Shown here one piece after another: positions 48,429 through 62,693 of a stretch of DNA of 64,000 nucleotides (within the stretch, counting starts at the first letter, position 1; the number at the start of each line of letters is the position of its first letter). The stretch covers positions 282,286,001 through 282,350,000 of the forward strand of contig CM126204.1 of the NCBI GenBank assembly GCA_052327205.1. Reading direction: 5' to 3'. The stretch is from Somniosus microcephalus. Taxonomy: Eukaryota. Below the pieces are notes generated by a model. That model did no database searches. It was not told the origin of the DNA and saw nothing but the letters and a program-made list of their open reading frames with translations. Position numbers and translations under genes: made by a program.

Positions 48429-51400
48429 AAAGGTAACATTATATAAATTGTAGTGTCTATGATTTTTTTTTTCTATTAACATTTCACACATTTAGCAAGG
48501 CAGCTTATAGATAATAGGAATTTAGGAATCATGGTGCCTGGTTTCTATTGAGATGAATGTAGGCAATACATGCACGTTGCAACATTAAGAAATATATTTC
48601 AACTTGTTTCATTGATTAGAGCCACGAAGTGATATGTCGACTTGTGATGATTCCACGGCGCAATCCGGCTAAATCTACAATAGATTCTAGACAGAAAGAA
48701 GTGTAATTGTGGGATTGTAAAGCAGCTTTTGTAAGATTTGTATATACATAGCACTGAACTAAATCAAGAACCTGTGATTACACTGTTTATCAGCCGAATG
48801 TCCTGGTATTGAACGTGAATTGGACAGTATTTGATGACCATATATATTCCTTTCAAGTTCTAGATTTGACACTGGCAGCGCTTTGCAACAAATTTCAATG
48901 AATCTGCCCATTTCCATTAGGCCATGTGTTAAATTGTAAATTATAGAGGCTGGAGTGTTCAACCAAACGACACAAGTATCAACTGGATTAAAACCATACC
49001 AGCATACACTGTATAAATCATCAATTCGCACGACTACATCGATTAAAAAATTGGTGAGTTTATAATAAACACATACATCCCCTTTATATTTGCACTACTT
49101 AGAGCCATCTGCAATCTCAACATGAAAATTAGCATCGTTGTTGCTCTCCGCTCCCCATAGGTTTTCTGTAAAATACCAACAAAAAAACTAGGGAAAGGGA
49201 GTTTACCTATATTAGTGTACATAGAGCATTAACCCTTTACTCTAGAGTATGCTCTGCACTCTGGCAATGCAAATTATATTAAGCACCGCCTTTCAATTGT
49301 AAACGGATAAAAGCTGAAACTGTCAGAGTAGTTTCATGGGTAGACCACTGTGTCTATATTAATGTTAAAATGATTCGGGTTTTTTTGTCTATAATTTGCC
49401 TAACACTTCGAATGAACTCATTGTATGTGAAGTTCTTTGAGATATTTCTGAGAGACAGATGAAGACGATAATGAAATACAAGTCTTTCAGTTTATTAAGG
49501 TGTAGCTTTGCAGGGTATACCCAGCCAGATTGTTGATCATTTCACCACTCCCGGTTGGCAGCGGTCTCGGTGCCAATCCACATTTATGATTCTTGCTCTC
49601 TGCATTATTTGTCTTATAGTACTGACGTAGCTATTATTATTATCATATTCTGATAATGATGTCACATCGATAAGACACAGGGGGCACATTATTTTTATTT
49701 TGATGAACACAAGATGTGAACGTGTCAGGTGCACAAAACAGATAAGAGATTTGTTATTGTAAAGCCCCTCAAGAGAATGTCATACGGGGATTGCCCTAGA
49801 CTATGAATTTATACACCAATAAATATCGATTGTTATAAAATCGTGTCACTCTCGGTTATATCAAATAGCTTTAATAAACGAAATTAAACATTAAAAATTA
49901 ACGGTCCCAGTATAGAAGTACACCAGAATGAGGGCAGGTTTTAATCGTGTCAGTGAACATGGCCATTCCCCATTAGCTGGTTTTCTTTTTTGGGGGGGAG
50001 AGGGTCTGGACTAACCCCTTGTATTTATATATTATTACAACAGAGAACGCTTCTCCCCCCCCCCACCCCGCCGAGAAATGTCAGCTTAGAAATACTGAGA
50101 TAAATAGGCAAGGGTTTTGGAATAGAAATCGACAGCTGACAGGACACCTTGGCACATGTCTGTAACACAACTATTAAATATTAGTGAATTTACCAGCCAG
50201 CGCACTACTGCCAGTGAATTCCAACTAATTCTGAGTGAGCATTCCCCTCCCCACATAACGAGACTCCGGAATTGAAGGGTGTTGCTTCATTGCTTATTTC
50301 ACAGCCATCTGAAGATTTTAACCCAAGAAACAAACTGAACAATTCAATCACATAAAGATATTACTTGGCTGCAATAGATCCTTGACAATTACATGAAAAG
50401 GTAAATAGACATCACGTTTTTGTTTCAGATTTCCAGCAACTGCGGTTGTTTTAACTTTTCGTTGTCCATAATTAGGAGCATTTTTAAAAATGAAAATGGA
50501 ACAAACATGTTAATAACAACATAACTGGTAGAAATTCGAGCCAATAACTTGGATTGTTCTGACTAGTTAGCAGCATGTGCACTTTCATCGTTGCTTTAAC
50601 AACCCGTAAAGAGAAGGGCAAGGGAGACTTGAGATTGGCGTAAGGGGCACTTCAATGAAAAAAAGTCTGATTGGCACGGATCTTATTGGGCAGAGCATAT
50701 TAAACAGAGTTCAGATAAATCCCGTCAATGATTCAACAAATGCATTTTTAAAAGTCCGTCTTATATGATTAATCTCAGGTTAATAGTAAGAGAGGTAACT
50801 ATTGGATGTGGAACATCCTTGTTAAATGCCGACCCTGCTTATTTTAATTCTATATTAATTTTAAAATAAAATTAGTATGACTTTATTTTAAATCTGTTGA
50901 GCTTCATCGACCAGAAAGGGGGGGGGGGTGTAAATATTTGGGACATTTTTGTGGCGCTTTAACCGGTCCCATCGAGGCAGCCACGCCAGCCGAGCTAGTA
51001 ACAAGGCTTTTTTGACATCTGGCAAGTTTCTTCAAAATAAAGGTTTTAACGCGATTTGAAAAATAAACACGCGCGCCCGTTGGAGGAGCAATTAGAAACC
51101 GTACAATATCAGGTTAATACACTTCCTGGCGAGTTCATTTGACGTTTCCTTCCGCGTCTATGAGTTCGACTTTAGCAAATAATGGGGAGAGGAGGAAAAG
51201 GAGGGAGAGAGAGGAGGGGGTGGGGGGGGGGTGGAGGTGGTAGAGCTTTCTCCAAACAGATGTTGACAGAAGTCACAATTCAATGATATTTGTAGATGAA
51301 AAAGACAGACATATTGCACTGGCACCGAACTGGCCGCCCAAATCTAAGGAAAGGGTCTGGAGGGAAACTAATGATGAAAAAAAAAGTCTACTCCGTCTCA

Positions 51401-51849
51401 GTTGCCTTAATTAAATGCATGGAAAGAACCGAGAGGCTCACATCTGGTTTCAATATGGATCTCTTTGATGGCATCAAGTGTTCTTTTCCCATATCAGGCC
51501 GCTGCAAGTAATGGGATGTCTATTGCAGCTCGGAGCCCAGACTCCTGCCATTTCCACACATGGGCTCCCCTTCACTCCTGTTGAGCCCTATTTCTGAAGC
51601 CTCACGCAATCTTTGTAATGAGTGCAGGGGATTGAAAAAAATAATGACCACATCCCCATTGCTATCAAACTTTTTTGTGAAAGTTTAATAAAAGTGACAA
51701 AGAAGTGGACTGCAGCTGGACTTGTAAAATTGTATTTTTTTTAAATTTTTGCAAAGCGTTTAAAAGCACAGCGAGGTTTTGAGAGAGATTGCCAACCCCC
51801 CAAAAATAATGAAAGTGCCTTTCCCTGAAAACTTCGGTGTTTCTTTTCC

Positions 51850-53152
51850 CTCCCCCTTCTTATCCGTGTGTCTCTGATCGCTGCTGCGTTCTTTGCGTCT
51901 AGTTATAAAAGTGAAACAAAAGCAGAAAATCTGGCCGGGCTGCCTGCATACAGGCGCGAGTATTGGCAGGGTCTGGCTCGGACTCGCAGCGCCCCGCGAG
52001 TACCGAGAGCCCTCGGAGGGAGCCTCGCACACGGTCAAACACAACGGCTCCGCTTTCTCGATCTTCAAACAGTTCCGATATGAAAGTTAGGGCCATCCGA
52101 CTAGCGTTTTACTTGCCACTCAGCCTTGATTTGGCGCTGCTTGTGTAGGTGAGTACATGGCCCTTGTAATATTTTCTTTTGCCTGAAGCAAGGAACTATT
52201 TATGGCAGTATGCAAAAGGAAAGCGGATTATTTTTTGAAGGGGGGGCGGGGGGGGGGGGAGGGTGAAAGTGCCCAACGATTGGTATAAAACATGCAAATT
52301 AGTTCTTTAACCGCACTGCTAAACAAGTCTGGGTGAGTTGACGGGAGAGATAAACAAGCTCACTCTTTGATGTATTTTTCTGGCTGTCAGTTTCTCTTTA
52401 TATATTTTTCAGATGATAATTACGTCTTATTACGAAATACAAAGGGATCGGAGGCCAGATTACAAGAGAGCAACGGTTTCATTCGCCCGCTCTAATCAAA
52501 GTGCTTGGAGTGCTGTGATGGAGAGGGGTCTGTAGAGCGTCAGAGGCACAGAACACAGGGGCTTTGCCACGTAATTACAGCCTTGTATTAGCAGAATCTC
52601 GTCTCCCTGGGGTCGCCAATTTTAATTTATTCGGCGCAAAACAATCCCTGGACGGCACTCTGCTGGCTTTTGAAGTGCCAGAAAGGCCTTTTTCCTGCAA
52701 GGAGAAGTACTGCACACTTCAGAGTTCCCCCGCCTCGAGTCTTCCAGCAAAAAAAAAGGTTTTCCCCCTCCTGTGTGTGTCTCTCTCTCTTTTAAACCAG
52801 AGTAAGTTGAGAAACCTCACTCGTACATCTGCAAAACATCATTCTTTCTAAACTGATGTCACCTATGTGAGTCAAGAAGAAGGAAGGACAACTTTTCTTC
52901 AAGTTCCTCTGAAGTTGGTTATGTACTGCTGTTGCATGGGCGCCGGAAAAGTTATCAACTTTAAGGAAAGTTTGCTCATTTTTTAATTTTTTTTAACGTT
53001 TTGAGTTTCCCGGCGTGCGGTTCAAGTGTGTGGAGATCTATTTTCTGACAGCATTTGCCTAAACTGGAGACGAAGGTTGCCGAGGCTCGGAAGATTGCTA
53101 GAATTTGTATATATAATTTTTGTTTAAAAAAAGATTTTTTAGTATCTAAGCC
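51850..53152 (+). promoter_or_regulatory. PRRX1 promoter/5' UTR region (CpG-rich)
   Basis: CpG-rich blocks upstream of the ATG; TAATTA homeodomain sites at 52417 and 52572; TATA-like TATAAAA ~51905 and ~52284. TSS cannot be fixed from sequence. Confidence 0.6.
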
Positions 53153-53402
53153 ATGACCTCGAGTTATCCCCATGTAATGGACAGGCAAGCGTCCTCTGTA
53201 CCCAGTCGCTTGGAGAACACTATCACGGCCAACATGGACAATTTACAGTCTAAAAAGAATTTCACGGTGAGTCACCTGCTGGATCTGGAAGAAGTGGGAG
53301 AGATGAACCTTCAGCAGGCCGACGAGAGTGTGAGTGAGGCGGGCAGGAAACTGCTCGAGTCCCCGGTGGTGACCAGCGGCAGTGATACTCCCCAACAAGA
53401 AA
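53153..53402 (+). CDS. PRRX1: PRRX1 (paired related homeobox 1) coding exon 1
   Basis: MTSSYPHV...KKNFTVSHLLDLEE (eh1-like)...EAGRKLLESP..TSGSDTPQQE; donor A|GTAAGT, 250 nt, phase 1. Confidence 0.96.
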
Positions 53403-54895
53403 GTAAGTGTGAACAAAAAAAATACAATAGGGGACAAGGGTTTACTAACGGGATTATCACTGTGGCGCAAAGAGGGATCATCGCATTAACACGTACGTGT
53501 AAAATGCCGTGGAGCCGTTTGTTATTACCGAAGCGTGGAGATATCGCTTGGCAGAGTCCCGAGGCGCCTTTTTAGGAGGCAGATGGAGATAAGAGTTTGG
53601 GGGAACGGAAAGTAGAACAAACAATTAAAAAGTTGACGATGCAAGATCTCACCTTTAATGACATTTCGCTTCTTATTTTTTTTAAAAAGAAACAACATTC
53701 CCCAATGCAGTGTAGCTTCACATAAATACTCAGATCCGAGATGTGGTGGAGCATGTTCACTGGCATCAAGATCGAGTACCACCCGCCCTACACGCGGTGA
53801 GTTCGAATTAAATAAGGAAATCAACACGCACAGCTATGTAGTTCTGTAAACTAGACACAAATTAACGAGAAGCATACAGCCGCCAGGGTCGGGAAAACCA
53901 GTCTCTCCGTACAATGACGTTACGGTGCAATGTGAATACTGGAGAGGCAATAGAGAGAGAGACTGTCATATTCTGATGGTTCACATTACCTCAATGGGAA
54001 ACATTTCAAAGACCTGGGTATATGGATGGTAACATGAAATACAATTACTTTGAAAAATCAAGGAGCGTTGTAAATTCAAAGCTAATTGAGCGAGCAGGAA
54101 TACATCGTCTGGCTATTCAGCAATGTATCACCTTCATTAGCAGAAACACATTGCACTTGATAGTTCATTGTCTCAGAACATGTGTAGGCATTACAAGTGG
54201 ACAGATTGAATTTGACAAAAGTGCTTTAAGTGTCCCCACAGACAACAACACTGGTAATGACAGCTAATCTGATTAGTTTGATAAATTGATTTGTCATGCA
54301 TCAGCGATAAAAGACGACATCTTTGTTTTCAATGAATCATGCCTAGCATGTAAAGCTAAGGAAACATTTACTTCTAATTATCCACGGCAACACGCCGGCC
54401 AAAACCCACTCGCTCCCCGTGCACAAAATAACTCTGATTTTATCACTATTGAAAGTAAAATAATTACCAACTGTAGCAACACTTGAACCTCATGCGTTTC
54501 CTGTAAGTACAGTCTATGTAGGAATGTGTGCGTAGACACAGGACATTACTTGAAATATGTATCGTACATTATATGTACAGGCAGGCTTTAATAGACAGAT
54601 GGATAAAACAATATCAGTTCATACATATTTTGTCCTGGAACAGTCTATATTTTATTTGCTTTAAACAGAACTATAAATAAAATACTTAAAAGACAAAAAT
54701 AACTCTAATTGGGTTCTCTTCCAGTGCTGGCACCAGTTTGCTAATAAAAGATAAGGGAAAAGCGTGTAAAATGTTCAGTTCCTTTCATCCTGGTGCTGTT
54801 AAGATAAAGATTGTTAGAAGTTTTCCGCCTGCCCATGGATCAGAGTGAGTTTGATGCTGTGTCTGATTGATGTGAGGTGTTCAGAGCGTGCCTCG

Positions 54896-54916
54896 CTCTC
54901 TCTCTCTCTCTCTCTC
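54896..54916. repeat. (CT)n microsatellite
   Basis: ctctctctctctctctctctc. Confidence 0.9.
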
Positions 54917-55580
54917 CCCCTCCAGAGACCTCTACTGACCATTAGATACGGCTTAGGGAGCCAGCTCGGCCTAAACTCATCGCCCCCCCCCACCCCCTTT
55001 ACATCTCTCTGACAGCACAGCAGATGTGGATCGGCGCCGGCAATGTGCCCCTGACCGGAGATCTGCCTTGATCCCCTGGTCTGAGAATCTGCCCCGAGCA
55101 ACAGAACGAGCCTGCCATTCTGAAGAAGGCCCCTGGAAATGACTGCTAACATTTTATAGTTTATAGTTCTCCACTACATTTTAACTACCCAATTATGAAA
55201 CATTTTGATGGTTAAGGGCATTTTGTATCAATAATGAGTTTCTTAGTGCCAGTTATTAAGCCAAGGGGCTATTGCAAGAGAGGAAGGGAGTCTAGGCTAT
55301 CAAGTTAGGTCCGTCCTTCCCAATAAAGCACTCAAGGTTAAAGGCCCAGAATTAACCGCTGGCCTCCAATTTGAACAAGGGATTTGATAATATTAACCAT
55401 CACCTTTAAACCAAAGCCCCAGAAGGTAATTTGAGGAAATGTCCTAGAATGGTTGATCCCCGATTTCACCCCGCTTTGTCCTACCAGCCAGTGTCACTCC
55501 AGACACAACACACTCCAGGGAGATTTTCGTTGTCTTATAAACCCGAGTGTTGATCTATTCAGTCTACACACTTCACGCAT

Positions 55581-56018
55581 TTACAATTTACAATTTAAAT
55601 CGCTTTATTGGCATGATAAGTTACATCTTATGTTGCCAAAGCATCAAAATACATTTATGGTTTAGCACATAAACGCAGTTCTATTCATACAGTGTATAAA
55701 CAGGTATATCCCTGAGTGTATAAATATACATTCGCATTGTTTATATATATTTTTTTCTTAGTTTACTGGTTGTCCCTCTGTTCATGGCAAGCTGTAACAT
55801 AGTGCGCCGCCAGTGTTATACAGCTTCTCTCCTCTCCCAGTAGGAATGGGAGTTTTTGGTTGTCATTCAGATTTCTGAAATCAGGGCATATTTGTGAGAA
55901 TTTTTGGTAGAAATTCTCCCTGATGCCCTGATATTTTCCACAAGCTGTGAGGAAGTGCATCTCTGTCTCCACCTCTCCCTGACTGCAGTGAGAGCATATC
56001 CTGTCCTCTCTTGGCAGC
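55581..56018 (-). mobile_element. 5'-truncated RTE-X-like LINE 3' end in PRRX1 intron 1
   Basis: LPREDRICSHCSQGEVETEMHFLTACGKYQGIR...LPFLLGE...YVTACHEQR then stop; tail catgccaataaagcgatttaaattgtaaattgtaa. Clade assigned from recalled similarity. Confidence 0.75.
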
Positions 56019-58084
56019 CTTTTTTAAATACATGCGACACCAACGGCTTGCAGTCGGGGACTGACTCGGCAAAATGCAAACTGTAAGCTGAATAATGGAG
56101 CGACAGAAATGTAAAATTGGAAAAACGTGACAAGGGTTCTATCTGCGTTGGGAACCTTGATTGCGTCTGGGTTTTTTTTCTCGCGAAGATCTGAGGACTT
56201 TTATTTGTACAATTGAACATTCCCAGCGTGTAGGTTTCTCAAGGTTGATCGACAATTGAAAAGAACCGACATCACAACAACGATTCTCAATGCGAGGATC
56301 TGTTTGAGTGACACTCCTACCAACAGAAGCAGAGCTCTGTAACCTTTTAGCAGCCTGGATTTTCCTCCTAGATTAAGAGGCAAACATTCCGATTTGTGAT
56401 TGCTGAGACAGAGTGACTGTAATTTGTTTATATCAAGAAAGATGTTATTTATTAACCTACCTCACAGCCTTAATTATCGGTTACAGCTGTAAATAATTAT
56501 TTAATATGTTTGACAAAAATAATCACTTCGGCAGAGGTTGATAGGTCTCAAGTGGATTTATACGGAGATTGTGAATTACTGAAGGCTCGATCTGAACCAC
56601 TTTAGTGCTCCGTCTCTGAACTGTTGCTCTATGTAGCCGCCAAGGAAATCACACAACACACAGTAGCATGAAGAACATTGGAGGTTCCACGCACAAGATG
56701 AACATACAATAATATAACAGCATTGTAAGGCAGATTCTAAACTGAGGGAGGGGCGGAATGTAAAGATTGGACCACAGCAGAAATCATCGAGAAACGGCCT
56801 AAAACAGAATACACAACACATCCAACCCGCTAGTTCTTCAGACAGCAGCACTTCATATGGCTATTTCTTCAAATAATATATAGCACACGCCCATCAGACA
56901 AGGTATCTATATGCTTAAAGTAGTAGGTACCACATCTACTTATAGAAAATTGTTATGCCTTTAAAGATCACACAAAATAGTTATTCCTTATTACATGCAA
57001 ACATCCGCCATGTATAGGTGGCAATTTCTTAATACAATATGGAGCACAGGTCTATGATGACATATTCGTACAATATGTATGAACTCACATTCATCACTTA
57101 ACGACACTGTTTCTTCAGTATACACTGTTAGGCCATTGGTAAATCATTAATAAATCTGGAATTGCTCAGCGATTCTGCCAGAAAACTCGATTTTCTGTGG
57201 TGGAGAGGTGGCCATTTCATTAGCCACTGGACGAACAGCCATTTAATGGACAAAGAAAAATATATTAGCTAAATATTTCTCTAATCCCCAGGCAAGTTTC
57301 CTGTGCTAGGAAGTTCCCTGTCGTGGTCTCAGTTTCAGTTCTAGCTCAGGGAACCTGTAATACTTGGGACAATATTGATGCTCAGTACGATTTAATCCTT
57401 TCATCAATCAAAGGAAAGGCATGGCTTTTGAATTGGGAATTCAGATAAAACAAACGGGGTTTTCTCTTAATGGAAAGATACAGCCCCAGGCATTCAGGAA
57501 AGTAATAGGGCTGGAAAAACATGGAGAATGCGGGCTCTATTTTATGACCCAGTTGCGATTTATAAGCGAATATCGTTCCAAGAGGGCACGAAAAGCAACA
57601 GAAAAGATTCATCTGATAAACTGAAGCACTATCAAATCCCAGGAATGCTAAATCTCACAAGGATACTCACAGTAAGCATGCTACGTTTAATAAATAATTG
57701 CTGGAGAACAAGTGGCAGTTTCATCTGGACATTTGCCCCTCAATAAGTCTGTTTGAGTAGCTTTTCAGACAATGTCAAGTCCTCATTCCAAGTGTGCAAA
57801 TCGAAATTAGATTTTTCGCAGCCCAAGGAGACATGTATTTTGATCTTTCCTCCCTTAAAATTAAGGGCAGTCTCAGAAAAGACCCGTCTTTTTTTAACGC
57901 AATGCGAGCGATTTACCTAAGCAGACAGTCGGTTGTCCGGATAAGCGCCCTAATGAGATATAGAGGCGGGCAAATACAACTGCGGTGCTGTACAAATGGC
58001 AAGTTCTGAAGGTCTCTTGTACTTCGAGTAGAGCTTTTGTCTCTTTTAATTCTGTAAGTGCTAACTGATTAAAGGTGCGTGTAA

Positions 58085-58297
<213 letters not shown>

Positions 58298-61200
58298 TAA
58301 TATTTACTCCAGAGTGACTTTCTGCTACAGTTTATTTGCATCTTTCACCATTTGGTATTATTGATTTGAGAAAGTGGGTAGGGAGGCAAAGAGCTGTCTT
58401 CACAGGTTAGTGACACTGTACCGCTCCCTCGCTGTTTACTGTCCATCCATTAAACACTGTATCATTGCAGGTTCTGTTGCTAGGAGTTGCTTTGCCTGTG
58501 CTAATAGCAGCCGATTACCAAACAACTTTGTCCAACTCTTTGCTTTCAATTAAATACATTATTCAGCTCAAAGTGATCTTTTATAAAGACTAAAGGCAAC
58601 ACCTGCTGTTTTATTATTTTCCTTCAATATTGTAGAAAATAATAAGAAATAATTTCGCTAATATGACAAAAGTGGAAGCAGTCTGCTTTTAGGGTGAACG
58701 AACGCTGTCTGTTGCGGCTGTTTGACATCAGAAATTGGATTCCTTCCAACTGCGAGTCCCAGCCGTTACGGCCAGGTTAGATGTGGACACAGACATATTC
58801 GCATACTCCTTTATATATAAATGCAAAATTGTTTATCATTTATCATATAAAGCGTACAAGAATCAATAAATGTTGGTATTCACAGTTGCAAGAATTTGCT
58901 AGCAGGGATAATTTTATTTCCGTGCCGGATTCCAAAGTTACACTGTTTTTTCACTCTATTACGACTTTTTAAAATCAAAGGCTAAAAATTATGCATGCAT
59001 GATGGTGGACCTTGCGTCGAGCTCTTATGTTCCAGAGAATGTTAACATATAGGGAGTGGGATTCAGTATCAGTGTGAATGGGACTGAACATTCAGTGATT
59101 TGGCTGATCAGGGATCAGGCACTGCCTTCATTCACAAAGTAAACACACAGTTTAGAGCAAACTTCAAAAATGGCAACAAATTAATTGCAGAAATAGAAGT
59201 GAAAGGAATATGCTCATGATGTCCTTTTGCCTTCCTTCTATTTATTATTAATATTAGTTTCAGGGCAGACCACCCCCTGCTGTCTGAACCTGGGTGCACA
59301 ATATTGGCCAGTGTTTTTCCTACTCAGAAAAGAAATATTTTGTTTCTGTGCGTCCGAGCTCTGGTTTATTAAATCCTGCAATCGATGCACGTTTTCTGCT
59401 TTAGTGTTTTATTTTAAACCATGATGTAATCAAGCGGCACCCAGGAGCAAGAAAACTGCCAGTCAATCTATAGATATAAAATTGTTGCTTAAAATGCTGT
59501 GAGCGTTTCATCATGGAGAATACCTTTTAAATTAATTCAGTTTGGCGCTTTTTCCGTTTGACTGGTTAATGTCATCTTTAAAAGAGTTATGAGTGTGCAT
59601 TGTCCTCTTCTAAACTTCAGGAACTTTTCATTCGGGTCACGTTCCCTTTTAATGTCGTTGAGGTAGCACACGAGTGCCACGCAATGTAATGTAGTCATGG
59701 CTTTCACAAGTGCTATAGACTGGGGGGAGATGAAGTTTCAGCCATACCGATTGAGAATATATTCATTTTACGTAATACAAATGAAACAGAGGTCACCATT
59801 TTTGCGACACACCTCAAATTAAACAGTAACAAGTCAGCAGCAAAAAGCGGATTTCAAATTGTACATCAGTGAACGCTCTGCTAACCGGTTATAAACGAAA
59901 CTTGAAAGGGGCGTACTGATTTTTTAAAAACCCTGCTATACCGATTTTGATTGTGAGTAGAATTAATGTAACACATGAGCAGAACACACAACACACGAGT
60001 AGAATTATGTAGCATATGGACAGAACGTACAACACATTTGGGTCGAATGTACATAGTACAAAGGCAGACTATACAACACACATATATACATAGCGAAAAT
60101 GCAACATAAATAGGAGCGTGTAACTATTTGCTAAAGATCAAAGATAATCGCAGTTCAATATTAGAGTTTCAAATTGCACTGTAGACCGTTTGCGGAGGAT
60201 CATAGGTCTAAATGTAAGAAAACGGTGAGGGGAATCATCACACTTGAAACAATAGGTATCTTCAGATTGAGAACCATGTCCCCAAGTCACATGGTGAATA
60301 ATTATAAGTGAAAGTCAAAACAACAAAGACACTACAAGTTGAAACACTTGCATCGATAGTGTATTGTCCAACTCCAACCCTATGTTCTTCTCAATGGCCA
60401 ATTCAGATCGATGGTCAACTGCGCTATGTTCTTTGGGAGGGAGACCGGGCTCATAAAAAAATCTCCACAAGCCCTGCATTGTGACGGTCACGTTATTCAT
60501 TTTCTTGACGTTTTGAAAATATGTCATATCAGCAGGTTTTAGGTGCGAATGGAAGCCTGTAATATTATACAGGTGAGAGGAAGGCTAGCCAGACTCCTTT
60601 AGTAGAATGTTCCCAGAAAACAGGCTCACACACGATATATTCACATACACTACAACTCTATATCTTCAGACTCAGCAGGAAAGTAATAATACCCCTCCGC
60701 CCACCGTCATCACCATGGGACAGGTCAGACACCAGTACATTTCCCTGTCTCCAGTCAAGCTCTTCGCAACACGAACCCGTTCGCACGATAGATAGCCTCT
60801 CAATTTCCAACCAGTTCCTCCTTAAACGTTATTCTATGGATTAAAATGATTTCCTCCCCATTTTTATTAAATATCACCAAACGTTTGGAACGGGAGAGAG
60901 AAATCATGTGTCAATATGGTTTGGTTATGTGTCTAGGGCTGTGAATACTTTTATAGGGCAGCAAGTTCCTCCAGAATGGGTTGATAACTCCCCAACTTTC
61001 TGAGTCGCCCTTTTATTTTAATCTGTAATACATTGTTTGTTCATAACGTTGAGTTGGTTTGGCAAACCCAGTAAGACCTTCTCAGGGACTAGACTCCAAA
61101 GTAATTCCAAAATACTAGAGCATTCCAATCCCATGCCCAGTCGCGGACTTGACTGGGTATTGATTAGATTTATTGTATATTTACAGGGATTTTACCTTGC

Positions 61201-62517
61201 AGAAGGAAAAAGATTAATAATGGAAAATAAGCTGTATTTAATGTGCAACTAACTCCACAAGTGAGAAGATAAGTCAGTTTTGTTTCAATTGGTCCGGCCT
61301 GTGGCTGCGAGTTTTCAGAGTGACAAATTGGCTTCAACTGTGTCATGGAAAATGGGTGATGTCGGCTCATTTATTGAGGTTGTGTTTAGGTTGTTTAGAG
61401 GGGAGCAGCCCTGTGCTTGTATAACATTACTGAAAATTGCACTGCTCATACAATATACGTTGTCTGGAGCTAGTCCTGCAACACCTCTTTCCCCCAGTAA
61501 TCCAAAGCAATACTTTCCACCCATCCGGTCGCGAGCATCGATTAGAATCGCAATTTGTACTCGGAAATTGCAGCAATGCCCACAAAATATATTCTTTTAA
61601 AACCCCAGGGATATCGTTTCTCAGAAGTTTACAAAGCTAACTTTCAGACCATCACAAACATGATGCACATCTTCCCACACGATGCAAATTACTGCCCTTT
61701 CACTCTGTCCCAAACTGTGAAGGAGATGCTTCCATTGATCCCTTTCTCAGCACATGGTATATCACTGCCAGGTAAGGAACTTAAACTGAAATAGACCAAT
61801 AATGGGAAACAAACAGGATTAATTGCACACTGTCTGGGAACTGTGTCAGAGTGTACATTTTCCAAATAAACATTTTAATAAATGCTGGTGCTGAACCGTT
61901 GAGCGAGTTTAAAAAGTGAGTTTAAATTTGAATGCGTCGATTTGAGGAAACAAATCCAATGGAATCTGCACATTTAGAAACGACTAAATCCTTAAAAGCA
62001 GAATGTCCATAGTTTTAACAGCATAATCTACAAAAATCTAGACTATTTCATATTTGTTATAGATCTGCGCATTAAATTGGTGGATTATGTCTATGCAGTA
62101 AGGATCGGACACAAATAGATAGCTTGGAGTTTGTTGAGCGTGGTATGGCAGTACGCTTGTCTTTCTTGTGTAAGAGTCGCTCTCACAATGACCACCCCCC
62201 CCCCCCCATCAAAATACAATTGAAAAGGTACAGCTTTGAGTTTGTCAATAAATTGATATTTTGCGTCCCATAATGGGATCCCTTTGGAGATTGTGTCAAT
62301 GACGTCATTTTCTCCTTATTAAATGAAGATCCTTAATTGAATTTTACTCCAACACAAATATTTTTTAACACGGGCTATATCCCATTATATAACTCAATGA
62401 GTGACGTACCTTGGGCCTTACAAGAAAGTGACCGCCCATGTTAGGCAACAATTAGAAAGGATAGACGGAAGGTTGAATGCACTGAATTTAATTATTTTAT
62501 TCTCTCTTCTCTCTCAG

Positions 62518-62693
62518 GTTTGGTTTCAAAACAGAAGAGCGAAATTCCGGCGGAACGAGAGAGCCCTGCTGGCCAGTAAAAATGCCTCTATCCTCAAATC
62601 ATACAGCGGGGAGGCGGTGGAGCAGCCGATGGCCCCGCGTCCAGCGCCCAGAGCCCAGGATTACCTGTCCTGGGGAACGACATCTCCATATGG
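62518..62693 (+). CDS. PRRX1: PRRX1 coding exon 3 (homeodomain helix 3 and C-terminal region)
   Basis: Acceptor CTCTCTCAG; VWFQNRRAKFRRNERALLASKNASILKSYSG...PRPAPR..DYLSWGTTSPY; donor GG|GTAATC. OAR exon not in window. Confidence 0.96.

Noticed and set aside
57320-57345. Short resemblance to LF-SINE (gtggtctcagtttcagttctag)
   Set aside because: Too short, and the flanks do not extend the match.
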